Source: a virus (taxonomy: Duplodnaviria > Caudoviricetes). From it: 38,957 nucleotides of DNA. The stretch is taken from positions 1-38,957 of IMG/VR virus record IMGVR_UViG_3300037309_000309; one strand, written 5' to 3'. The notes beneath the pieces were generated by a model. That model did not search any database and had not been told where the DNA came from. It worked only from the letters and a program-made list of their open reading frames with translations. A program made the translations under genes and the position numbers. Every line of letters begins with the position of its first letter. The first letter of the stretch is position 1. Shown here piece after piece: positions 18,070-26,736 of the stretch.

Positions 18070-18080
18070 GGAGAACGGCA

Positions 18081-19745
18081 ATGGCGCAAATCCTCGATCA
18101 ATGGGGCCAGCCGGTGCGCACCACGGCGCTGGCAAAAGAGGCGATGGGGCCGACGGTGACCGGCGTCCGGGCGACCTTCGACGAGTTCGTCGCGGCGGGC
18201 CTGACGCCCGCCCGCATGGCCGGCATTCTCCGCGACGCAGCGATGGGCGAGATGGCGGAGTTCCTCACCCTCGCCGAGGAGATGGAGGAGCGCGAGACGC
18301 AATATATGTCCGTGCTCTCGACCAGGAAGCGCGCGCTGCAGGGGATCGAACCGCAGGTCGAGGCGGCGTCCGACGATCCCGAAGACCAGGCGATCGCCGA
18401 CGCGGTCCGCGAGCGGATCGCCGAGCATCCCGATTTCTTCGACCTTGTCGGCGATGCGATGGATGCGCTCGCCAAGGGCTATTCGGTCATCGAGATCATC
18501 TGGCAGGCCGATGCCGGCCAATGGGTGCCCGAGCGGTTCGAATGGCACGATCCCCGCCTCTTCGTCTTCGACCGCGAGACGCGGCGCGAGCTCCGCAAGC
18601 GCCTTCAATCCGATTTCAACGGCGAGGCGCTCGAACCGTTCAAGTTCATCCGCCACGTCCCGCGTCTGAAATCCGGCATCCCCGCGCGCAACGGCCTCGC
18701 GCGGCTCGCGCTCTGGTCGTTCCTGCTCAAGAGCTACAGCCTGAAAGATTGGGCGGCGTTCCTTGAGGTGCACGGCATGCCGCTGCGCCTCGGCAAGTTC
18801 GGTCCCGGCGCCTCGATCGAGGATCGCCGCGTGCTGCTTCGTGCCGTGCGCGATCTTGGCGCGGATGCCGCCGCGATCATCCCGAAAGAGATGGAGATCG
18901 AGTTCGTCGAGACCAAAGGGTTCTCCGAAAAGCCGTTCGAGGGTTTCGCCGACTATCTCGACAAATCACTCTCCAAGGCGATCATCGGCCAGACCATGAC
19001 CGCCGATAGCGGCGGTTCGCTCGCCCAGGCCAAGGTGCATGATCAGGTCCGGATCGATATCAAGAAGGCCGATGCGCGCCAGCTCGAGGGCACGCTCGCC
19101 CGCGACCTCGTCCGGCCATTCGTCGATCTGAATTTCGGGCCGCGCGCTGCCTATCCGAAACTGGTGATCCCGGTTTCCGAGCCGGAGGACATCAAGATCC
19201 TGGCCGATGCGCTCGGCAAGCTGCTCCCGCACGGCCTCACCGTCCAGATGAGCGAGGTGCGCGACCGGTTCGGCTTCGCGGATCCGGAAGAGGGGGCCGA
19301 GCTCCTCGGCGGCCGGCGGGTGGAAGCCCGGCCGCGCGAGCCCCGGACCGCGTCCCCGGCGCGCCGTGGGGATGAAGCGACCTCCGATGATGATGAGGAG
19401 CCCGAACGCGCCGCGAACCGTCACAGGCTCGGCGGATGCCCATGCTGCGGCGCGCCGGCGAGAACCTTCAACGCCGAGGCGTTCAACACGGAAGAAACCT
19501 CGGATGAACTCGACGCCCTCGTCGCCGAGGCGCTGGCGGACTGGGAGCCGGACATGAAGCCGATCGTCGATGCGATCACCAGCGCGGCGGCGGAAGCTGC
19601 GGATTTCGACGGCTTCACGGCCGCGCTCGATCGCCTCGCCGGAACGCTGCCGACCGGCGATCTCGCGAGCCGGATCGCGGTGGAAACCATGAAGGCGCGC
19701 GGGCTCGGGCAGGCGGGATCGGACACGACGCGCCGGACGGCCTGA
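18081..19745 (+). CDS. Portal protein (Mu gp29/DUF935)
   Basis: ILDQWGQP, DALAKGYS..EI, HGMPLRLGK, SKAIIGQTMT. Confidence 0.94.
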   Translation: MAQILDQWGQPVRTTALAKEAMGPTVTGVRATFDEFVAAGLTPARMAGILRDAAMGEMAEFLTLAEEMEERETQYMSVLSTRKRALQGIEPQVEAASDDPEDQAIADAVRERIAEHPDFFDLVGDAMDALAKGYSVIEIIWQADAGQWVPERFEWHDPRLFVFDRETRRELRKRLQSDFNGEALEPFKFIRHVPRLKSGIPARNGLARLALWSFLLKSYSLKDWAAFLEVHGMPLRLGKFGPGASIEDRRVLLRAVRDLGADAAAIIPKEMEIEFVETKGFSEKPFEGFADYLDKSLSKAIIGQTMTADSGGSLAQAKVHDQVRIDIKKADARQLEGTLARDLVRPFVDLNFGPRAAYPKLVIPVSEPEDIKILADALGKLLPHGLTVQMSEVRDRFGFADPEEGAELLGGRRVEARPREPRTASPARRGDEATSDDDEEPERAANRHRLGGCPCCGAPARTFNAEAFNTEETSDELDALVAEALADWEPDMKPIVDAITSAAAEAADFDGFTAALDRLAGTLPTGDLASRIAVETMKARGLGQAGSDTTRRTA

Positions 19746-19865
19746 GAAATTAGTTTTAAATTAGGTCAGGCGGGCGCGAGGAGATTTTTCGATGAAGGGT
19801 AGCCCTCTCCCTGCGCCGCGCCTCCTGGGCCATTTCTGAGGCTCGGCGCGAGAGGGGAGAAACCC

Positions 19866-21071
19866 ATGGACGAGGAGCTCTTCCGGACGGCGCCGAAAGC
19901 GGTCATCGATTATTTCGACCGGCGCCCCTCCGTGCCGACCTTCGACTGGCGGGACATCGCGGCGCACGAACACGCATTGGCGCATACCGTCGCCAAGACG
20001 GCCGGGTTCGATGTGCTCGACGATATCCGCAAGGCAGTCCGGAAGGCGGTGGTTGACCGCGTGCCCTTCGAGCAGTTCCGCGACGAGCTCATCCCGCTGC
20101 TCAAGGCGCGGGGCTGGTGGGGCGAGCAACGGCGGATCGATCCTGTGACGAAGAGGCCGGTCGATGCGCAGCTCGGTTCGCTCCGGCGATTGCGGATCAT
20201 CTACTGGGCCAATATGCATTCCGCGCACGCGGCCGGCGAATGGAGCCGGATCCAGGAGACCAAGACCTTCCTGCCCTGGCTGACCTATGTGTCCTCGGTT
20301 TCCGAGCGAAAGCGGCCGCTGCATCTCTCCTGGGTCGGCACGACGCTCCCGGTCGATGATCCCTGGTGGCGCTCGCATTACCCGCCGAACGGCTGGAACT
20401 GCAAATGCTCGGTGCGACAGGTCGGCGATCGCGAGGCCGATCGGCTGCATACGCGCTATGCCAAGCGGACCGCGCCGCCACTGGATGAGCGGTCATGGCT
20501 CAACAAGCGCACCGGCGAAACCGAGATGATCCCGGCGGGGATCGACCCGGGCTGGCAGACCAATGCCGGGATGCTGCGCGACCGGACCCTCGGCCGTGGG
20601 CTGCAGGGCGCGCTCGACCGGATGGACGAGCCGGCGCGGCGCGAGGCCGTGGCGACGCTTCGTCGGCATCCGATCTTTGACTACGTCGCGAGGAACCGCG
20701 CAGGCTTCATTTATCCACGCCCTGCCGGCGACATTGAGAATACCGCCAAAGGACATTTCCGGGCGGCGGTGGCGGTGTTGAGCAATGTTCTGGGCGACGC
20801 CGTCGGCGCGCGCACCTCAATTGTGAGCTATTCGGTTTCCGACGCGGCGAAACAGCTGGCAAAGCGCCGTCGGGCGGACGGGACCGAACAGTTTTCGCCG
20901 GCGGATTACGAACTTGTCCAGAGCATCATCGATGAGGCAACCGAAGCCATCGAAGATCGCGGCAAGTGGCGCCTGCAGGCAACCATCGGAGGCAAGCGCT
21001 ACCTGGTCGTTCTGAAGATCGCCCGCGACGGCAAGGAGATCTTCCTCAACTCGTTCCGCAGGGATGATTGA
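19866..21071 (+). CDS. MuF (gp30) minor head protein with C-terminal extension
   Basis: RRLRIIY..N, R..H..W.G..LPVDDPWW..HYPPNGWNCKC, IDPGW, plus about 150 extra residues. Confidence 0.92.
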   Translation: MDEELFRTAPKAVIDYFDRRPSVPTFDWRDIAAHEHALAHTVAKTAGFDVLDDIRKAVRKAVVDRVPFEQFRDELIPLLKARGWWGEQRRIDPVTKRPVDAQLGSLRRLRIIYWANMHSAHAAGEWSRIQETKTFLPWLTYVSSVSERKRPLHLSWVGTTLPVDDPWWRSHYPPNGWNCKCSVRQVGDREADRLHTRYAKRTAPPLDERSWLNKRTGETEMIPAGIDPGWQTNAGMLRDRTLGRGLQGALDRMDEPARREAVATLRRHPIFDYVARNRAGFIYPRPAGDIENTAKGHFRAAVAVLSNVLGDAVGARTSIVSYSVSDAAKQLAKRRRADGTEQFSPADYELVQSIIDEATEAIEDRGKWRLQATIGGKRYLVVLKIARDGKEIFLNSFRRDD

Positions 21072-21072
21072 A

Positions 21073-21136
21073 CGCGGTCGGAAGGTTGCGACTGGCCTCC
21101 AACGGAACATGTCCGCTCACGCACTGAGCGACCGCG
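21073..21136 (+). ncRNA. Candidate structured RNA (four-way junction)
   Basis: CGCGGTCG/CGACCGCG enclosing three hairpins; fold predicted by eye. Confidence 0.5.
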
Positions 21137-21173
21137 AAAGCACAATAACCTCTTTCGCCTGAAAACAAAAGAG

Positions 21174-21220
21174 CTGCGACGCGCGTCGCAGCCCTTTGCA
21201 CCTGTTGCCTGCCGCATCGT
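21174..21220 (+). promoter_or_regulatory. Putative late promoter 2 (head operon)
   Basis: Palindrome copy 2, followed by CCCTTTGCA. Confidence 0.75.
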
Positions 21221-21226
21221 GCCTTC

Positions 21227-22198
21227 ATGACGATGCTTCTGGCAAGCCTCAATTCTCGCCGCATCCCCGCCGGGCAGTTCGAAACGCTGCCGGGCGAGGC
21301 GCTTGCGCTCAACGCCGAGGGCGGCGCGCCCGAATGGGTGATGCTCTGGCCGCAGGGGCGTCTTGTTGTGGGCCGCGACAAGCGCTCCTTCATCATCCAC
21401 GATCCCGAGGCGATCATCGCCGCGACCAATCCGCGCCTGCCCCTGCTCGTCGATTACGAGCACGATTTTGACCACCGCCGCCCGGGTGACGAAACGCCGG
21501 CCGCCGGCTGGATCGAGGAACTCGAGGTGCGCGAGGGCGCGATCTTTGGCCGCGTGCGCTGGACCGACCGCGCGGCGAACGCGATCGCGGGCCTCGAATA
21601 TCGCTTCCATTCCCCCGTCTATTGGATCCGACCCACGGGCGACCCGCAAGAAGTGGTCGCGATCGCCGGGGCTGCGCTCACGCATACGCCCAATCTGCCA
21701 TTCACCGCTCTCAACTCCGAACAGGGTCACACCATGGACAAGGAACTGCTCAAGGCGCTCGGCCTTCCCGAGGATGCCGGCCTCACCCAGGCGATCAACG
21801 CGGCGCAGGCGCTCGCGACTCCCTCACCGGGGAGGTTCGTGCCGCGCGCCGATTTCGACCAGGCGCTCGAGCGGGCGACGAACGCCGAAGCCCGGCTCAA
21901 GGCGATCGAGACCGAGCGGGCCGAGCGTGATGCCGCCGCGCTGGTCGAGAAGGCGATCGGCGAGGGCAAGATCGCCCCGGCCTCGAAGGAGCATTTCCTC
22001 AGGCTCGCCCTCAACGCCCGCCAGGAGGTCGAGCAGTTCCTGGCCTCGGCGCCGTCGATCCTCAAGGCCGGCGCGGATGACGATCTCAAGCGCGCCGATC
22101 CGGCCAGGCCCGCCGCCGGCGCGCTGACCGAGACCCAGAAGGCGATCTGCAGCGCGATGGGGCTCTCCGAGGAAGCCTTCGTCAAGGCTGCGGCGTAA
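21227..22198 (+). CDS. Mu I-like prohead protease/scaffold
   Basis: VDYEH, PAAGWI, VRWT..A, EYRFHSPV, ALTHTPNL. Confidence 0.93.
   Translation: MTMLLASLNSRRIPAGQFETLPGEALALNAEGGAPEWVMLWPQGRLVVGRDKRSFIIHDPEAIIAATNPRLPLLVDYEHDFDHRRPGDETPAAGWIEELEVREGAIFGRVRWTDRAANAIAGLEYRFHSPVYWIRPTGDPQEVVAIAGAALTHTPNLPFTALNSEQGHTMDKELLKALGLPEDAGLTQAINAAQALATPSPGRFVPRADFDQALERATNAEARLKAIETERAERDAAALVEKAIGEGKIAPASKEHFLRLALNARQEVEQFLASAPSILKAGADDDLKRADPARPAAGALTETQKAICSAMGLSEEAFVKAAA
21734..22198 (+). CDS. Nested in-frame scaffold protein (Mu Z-like)
   Basis: AGGGT RBS then MDKELLKALGL directly after the protease domain, as in Mu I/Z. Confidence 0.65.
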   Translation: MDKELLKALGLPEDAGLTQAINAAQALATPSPGRFVPRADFDQALERATNAEARLKAIETERAERDAAALVEKAIGEGKIAPASKEHFLRLALNARQEVEQFLASAPSILKAGADDDLKRADPARPAAGALTETQKAICSAMGLSEEAFVKAAA

Positions 22199-22225
22199 CG
22201 ACCCTCTCACCGAAGGACCTGATCC

Positions 22226-22630
22226 ATGGCGCTCTCCCGCGAACGCAACACGACCCAGATCGATACCGGCCTCCTCCGCGAGATCGGCATGAAGGCCAAT
22301 GTCAAGATCTGGGCCGGCGCCCTGGTCGTGCTCGATGCCGGCACCGCCGCGCCGGGCCGCACGGCGGCAAATCTTGTCGCGCTCGGCCGCGCCGAGGCGA
22401 CGGCCGACAATACAGACGGCGCGGCGAACGCGATCCGGGTGAAGGTCCGGCGCGGCATCTTCGCCTTCAAGAACGAGGCGAGCGACCTTGTGACCGCCGC
22501 CGAGATCGGCGCGACCTGCTTCATCGTCGATGACGAAACCGTGGCGAAGACGAACGGGGCGAATACCCGTTCCGCCGCCGGCCGGGTCTTCGCCCTCGAG
22601 GGCGATCAGGTCTTCGTCGAGATCCTCTAA
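22226..22630 (+). CDS. Head decoration/cement-like protein
   Basis: Between protease and capsid; small, Gly/Ala-rich, IVDDETV motif. Confidence 0.75.
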   Translation: MALSRERNTTQIDTGLLREIGMKANVKIWAGALVVLDAGTAAPGRTAANLVALGRAEATADNTDGAANAIRVKVRRGIFAFKNEASDLVTAAEIGATCFIVDDETVAKTNGANTRSAAGRVFALEGDQVFVEIL

Positions 22631-22656
22631 CCGCCGCACCGGCAAAGGGCTCAATC

Positions 22657-23550
22657 ATGATCATCAACCGCGCCAATCTCGGCGATCTCCGTACCGGCTT
22701 CCGGGCGAACTTCCAGGCGGGCTTTTCCGGGGTCGCGCCGATGTGGAACCGCATCGCCACGCTCGTCCCTTCGGCCACGGCCGAGGAGAAATATCCCTGG
22801 CTCGGCCAGATGCCGGGCATGCGCGAATGGATCGGCGAACGCCAGATCAAGAACATCGCCGAGCATGGCTATTCGATCCGCAACCGCTCGTTCGAGGATA
22901 CCGTCTCGGTGCCGCGCGAGAGCATCGAGGACGATCAGTACGGCGTCTACGCGCCGATGATGACCGAGCTCGGCCGGGCGGTCGCGGCGCATCCCGACCA
23001 GCTCGTCTTCAACCTGATCAAGGCCGGCTTCGTGACCAATTGCTATGACGGCCAGTATTTCTTCGACACCGACCATCCGGTGCTCGACGAGGCCGGCACC
23101 GAGACCTCGGTCTCGAACATGCAGGCCGGCGCGGGTGCCGCCTGGTATCTCCTCGATACGAGCCGAGCGATCAAGCCGCTGATCTTCCAGGAGAGGAAGA
23201 AGCCCGAATTCGTCATGAAGGACAGCCCGGACGACGACAACGTCTTCATGCGGAAGGAATTCATCTACGGCGTCGACAACCGCTGCAATGTCGGGTTCGG
23301 CTTCTGGCAGATGGCCTTCGGCTCGAAGGCGACGCTCGACGCGACCAATCTGCAGGCCGCCTACACGGCAATGACGGTCATGAAGGGCGATTACGGCCGC
23401 CCGCTCGGCATCATGCCAAACCTCCTCGTCGTCAGCCCCACCAATTATTTCGCCGCGCTCGATCTCGTGAAGGCGCAGACCAAGGCGAATGGCGCGACCA
23501 ACACGCTCAACGGTCTCGTCGAGGTGATGTCCTCGCCCTGGCTCGCCTGA
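22657..23550 (+). CDS. Major capsid protein (Mu gpT-like)
   Basis: YPWLGQMPGMREWIGER, CYDGQYFFDTDHPV, KPLIFQER, GFGFWQMA. Confidence 0.96.
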   Translation: MIINRANLGDLRTGFRANFQAGFSGVAPMWNRIATLVPSATAEEKYPWLGQMPGMREWIGERQIKNIAEHGYSIRNRSFEDTVSVPRESIEDDQYGVYAPMMTELGRAVAAHPDQLVFNLIKAGFVTNCYDGQYFFDTDHPVLDEAGTETSVSNMQAGAGAAWYLLDTSRAIKPLIFQERKKPEFVMKDSPDDDNVFMRKEFIYGVDNRCNVGFGFWQMAFGSKATLDATNLQAAYTAMTVMKGDYGRPLGIMPNLLVVSPTNYFAALDLVKAQTKANGATNTLNGLVEVMSSPWLA

Positions 23551-23566
23551 TTGGGGCTTTGAGCCA

Positions 23567-23605
23567 GAGCCCCGGCGCGCGGGTCATGCGTCGCGCCGGG
23601 GTTTC
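23567..23605 (+). terminator. Hairpin/terminator after capsid gene
   Basis: CCCCGGCGCG...CGCGCCGGGG-TTTC. Confidence 0.55.
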
Positions 23606-23642
23606 GCTCAACGTCCTTGAACCGCAATTGAAGGAGCGCCCG

Positions 23643-23882
23643 ATGGCGAAGAAGAACGAACCCGAGTTGAACGAGGAGCCCGAGACCGCGCCCGCCGCCG
23701 GGCCGGATTACGTGGTGACGATCACCGCGCCCAGCCATCGCCGCCGCGCCGGCTTCGCCTTCGGCCCTGTGCCGACGCATCTCACCGCCGGCCAGCTCGA
23801 CGACGAGAAGGTCGCGGCGCTCAAGGCCGATCCGCTGCTCTCGATCCGCCCCTACGAGCCCGAGCCGGAAGCGGGCGCCTGA
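23643..23882 (+). CDS. Mu gp35/HI1506-like protein
   Basis: AAGGAG RBS; RRRAGFAF..LKADPLL. Confidence 0.8.
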   Translation: MAKKNEPELNEEPETAPAAGPDYVVTITAPSHRRRAGFAFGPVPTHLTAGQLDDEKVAALKADPLLSIRPYEPEPEAGA

Positions 23883-23947
23883 CGATCCGGAGCGAAGCCG
23901 GATGACGGCCGGGAAAGACCGGCGCCCTTTGATGCTTCGAGGCGACC

Positions 23948-24388
23948 ATGAGCTACATCACGCGCGCCGATATCGAGGCGATCTACGGAGCCGAGCAGCT
24001 CCTGCGCCTCCTGCCCGCCGATGGCAGCCCGGACGCGCTCGTCGCCCAGGCCGCCGCGCTCGCGAGCGGCGAGGCCGATCTCTACCTCTCGAAACGCTAT
24101 CCCGTGCCGCTCGCGCTCGTGCCCGATGGGCTCAAGGCGATGCTGGTCGATCTCGCCTGCTACCGCCTCGCGGTGACGCATGACCGGCTCACCGAGGAAT
24201 TGACCGAGCGCGCGAAGGTCGCCCGGAAGACGCTGGAGATGATCGCCGCCGGCAAGGCCGGATTGGGCATCGCCGAACCCGCGACGGGGGGCGAACCGGC
24301 GCCGGGCGGAGCGGGAATCTCCTCCGACGATGGCGCGTATTTCACGAGCCGCGAGCGCAATTTCGGCCGCGAGCGGGGGCTCCCATGA
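23948..24388 (+). CDS. Head-tail connector (Mu gp36/DUF1320)
   Basis: YITRADI, YLSKRYPVPL, DLACYRL, IAAGKAGLG. Confidence 0.9.
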   Translation: MSYITRADIEAIYGAEQLLRLLPADGSPDALVAQAAALASGEADLYLSKRYPVPLALVPDGLKAMLVDLACYRLAVTHDRLTEELTERAKVARKTLEMIAAGKAGLGIAEPATGGEPAPGGAGISSDDGAYFTSRERNFGRERGLP

Positions 24389-24443
24389 GCAGAGCCAGCA
24401 AAAATGGCTGCCGGTTTTGCGTTCGGCCCTGCGGGAGGTCCGC

Positions 24444-24926
24444 ATGATTGCGATCGACATGCGTGTCGAGGGGATCGAGACGGTCGAGCAGGCGCTCGCC
24501 CGCCTTGACCCGCTGCGCGCCGGCGAGCTGCTCAACGGCCTCGGCCGCATGATCCAGGAACAGACGCGCCGCCGGATCACCGGGGAAAAGACGTCTCCCG
24601 CCGGTGCATCGTGGAAGAAAAACCGTGCCGGAACGTCCATCCTCTATCGCTCGGGCACGCTCGCGCGCTCGATCGACTATGCCGTGCGCGGCGAGAGCGT
24701 TACGGTCGGAAGCGGGATCATCTACGCCGCCATCCACCAGTTCGGCGGCACGATCACCCCGAAACAGGCGAAGCGCCTGGTCTTCCGGATCGGCAACCGC
24801 ACCATCTTTACGAAGAAGGTGACGATTCCCGCGCGCCCCTATCTCGGGATCTCGGGCGAGAACGCGGAGGATATCCTCGACCAGACCGCGCGCTTCCTGC
24901 GCGCCGCGATCGGTGGCGCGCGATGA
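24444..24926 (+). CDS. Virion morphogenesis protein (Mu G / P2 S family)
   Basis: SG.LARSI, YAAIHQFGG, IPARPYLGIS. Confidence 0.92.
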   Translation: MIAIDMRVEGIETVEQALARLDPLRAGELLNGLGRMIQEQTRRRITGEKTSPAGASWKKNRAGTSILYRSGTLARSIDYAVRGESVTVGSGIIYAAIHQFGGTITPKQAKRLVFRIGNRTIFTKKVTIPARPYLGISGENAEDILDQTARFLRAAIGGAR

Positions 24927-25513
24927 GCCGTCTTTCGACCCATCTCGACGCGATCGCACTCTGGCTCACCGGAGAGATGCTCGGCGCCGAGCCGCTCGTC
25001 ACCGAATGCCGGCGCCAGCTCGACCTGGTCGACGCGGAGGATATCTCGCGCGTCGCGTTCCGCTCGCCCGCCGGCTTCCTGGTCCTGCCGCGCGCGGAGC
25101 TGATCCGGCGCGCCGATGGCGGCCGCGATGCCGAACTCTGGCTGGGGATCGCCATCGCCGCGCAGGCGCGCCCGGGCGTCACCGCCGATGCCGAGGTGAT
25201 CGATCGGGCGATCGAACTCGCGGCCCGGCTCGACGATCAGGATTTCGGCCAGGATGCCTGCCTGCCGCCGGCCGAGATCGAGCTCCGCCCGGTGCTGCAG
25301 GCTGCGATCGAGACCAAGGGCATCGCGGTCGCGGTGGTCTCGTTCCGGCAACGGCTGCTCGGCGTCGTCCCGCCCCCCGCGGCGAGCCAGGAGCTCATCG
25401 GCGCGACGGGCTCGGGCGAGCCGCGTCCTGGCGATCCGCAGACATTCCTGCGCGATGAGGGCGGGCTCACCCCCGAGGAACGCGCCATCGTCGATGGATG
25501 GAGCGCGCCATGA
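24923..25513 (+). CDS. Putative tail completion protein (gp37-like)
   Basis: Position between G and V; coupled overlaps. Confidence 0.6.
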   Translation: MSRLSTHLDAIALWLTGEMLGAEPLVTECRRQLDLVDAEDISRVAFRSPAGFLVLPRAELIRRADGGRDAELWLGIAIAAQARPGVTADAEVIDRAIELAARLDDQDFGQDACLPPAEIELRPVLQAAIETKGIAVAVVSFRQRLLGVVPPPAASQELIGATGSGEPRPGDPQTFLRDEGGLTPEERAIVDGWSAP

Positions 25514-26121
25514 GCGATGCCGAATACATCGCCGAGCAGATCCGCGCGCTCCGCTCGGAGAACGAGGATCTCCGCCGCCGGCTCGCGAGCGTCGTGATGG
25601 TCGGCCAGGTGGTCGAGAGCCAGGGCGAGAAGGTGCGGCTCGAATTCGAGGCGAAGGACGCGGCGACCAGCAAACCCTTCCGCTCGCCGATGATCCGCCG
25701 CGCGAATTCCGCCGGCAAGGATGGCGCGGGCCACAAGGAACGCAACCGCCCCGCGATCGGCGAGACGATGGTGATGATATCGCCGAATGGCGAGATCGGC
25801 GCCCATTCCCGCGCGATGCCCTACGGCCCGACGGACGAGAGCGGCGAGCCCGCCGGCGACGAAAGCTTCCCGCGCATCCTCGCCGAGGGCAACGCCTCGA
25901 TCGCGATCAAGGGCGGCGAAATCCGCCTCAAGGTCGGCGGGGCGGTGTTCACGCTGACCGAGGCGTCGATCAGGGCGCTCGTCGGCGGCGCGGAGCACGA
26001 GCTGACCGGCGCCGGCAATGATTTCCGGGGCGGCACGGTGCGCCATGACGGCGTGGTGATCGACAAGACCCACGGCCATGTCACCGCCCCGCCCGGCCCG
26101 CCCGGCCCGCCCGTTTCATGA
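25510..26121 (+). CDS. Baseplate spike gpV
   Basis: PAIGETMVMISPNGE, beta-repeats, terminal HGH. Confidence 0.88.
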   Translation: MSDAEYIAEQIRALRSENEDLRRRLASVVMVGQVVESQGEKVRLEFEAKDAATSKPFRSPMIRRANSAGKDGAGHKERNRPAIGETMVMISPNGEIGAHSRAMPYGPTDESGEPAGDESFPRILAEGNASIAIKGGEIRLKVGGAVFTLTEASIRALVGGAEHELTGAGNDFRGGTVRHDGVVIDKTHGHVTAPPGPPGPPVS

Positions 26122-26132
26122 AGGAGAGACCG

Positions 26133-26345
26133 ATGGACACCAAAGCCTACCGCGCGACGCGCCCCGACATCGAATGGATCGCGGGGCGCCGCGTCCAGCC
26201 GGGCGAGCCGATCCGGCTCACCGATCGCGAGGCCGAACCCGAGCTCGCGCGCGGGCTGATCGAGCTGGTGCAAGACGTCGTTCCCGCCGCGGCTCCCGAG
26301 CCGGAACCCGCGCCGGCCCGGCCGCGCAAGGGCCGCGAGGATTAA
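26133..26345 (+). CDS. Small hypothetical tail-region protein
   Basis: AAGGAG RBS; WIAGRRV.PGE.I.LT..EA. Confidence 0.7.
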   Translation: MDTKAYRATRPDIEWIAGRRVQPGEPIRLTDREAEPELARGLIELVQDVVPAAAPEPEPAPARPRKGRED

Positions 26346-26346
26346 C

Positions 26347-26736
26347 ATGCGCGCCGGGATGGACGAGGCGACCGGGCGGATCGTGACGGGCTGGGACCAT
26401 GTCGAGATGGTCATCCGGCGCTGCCTCACGACGCGCCCGGGCAGCCTGGTCCTGCGCCGGCGCATCGGCTCCGCGCTCAAGGCGCTCCAGGACGAGAACA
26501 TGACCGGCGAGACCGTTCTCGCCGCCTATTCCGCGATCGCCGAGGCGCTCTCGCCCGCGAACCCGAACTGGGGCGAGCCGGGTTTTCGCCTGCGTGCCAT
26601 CAAGATGATCGGGATCGACCGCATGGGCCAACTCGGCCTCGTTCTGACCGGCGACTATTTCCCGAACGGCCATCTCGGCGATTTCTCGACGCGTGAAACC
26701 GGCGCGACCACGATCCCGGTGAGGCAGGTGCAATGA
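26347..26736 (+). CDS. Baseplate gpW/gp25
   Basis: GMD..TGR..GWDHV..LTTRPGS..RR..GS, WGEP.FRL. Confidence 0.9.
   Translation: MRAGMDEATGRIVTGWDHVEMVIRRCLTTRPGSLVLRRRIGSALKALQDENMTGETVLAAYSAIAEALSPANPNWGEPGFRLRAIKMIGIDRMGQLGLVLTGDYFPNGHLGDFSTRETGATTIPVRQVQ

Noticed and set aside
21073-21136. tRNA gene
   Set aside because: Too short, and lacks the TTC T-loop, a 7-nt anticodon loop and CCA
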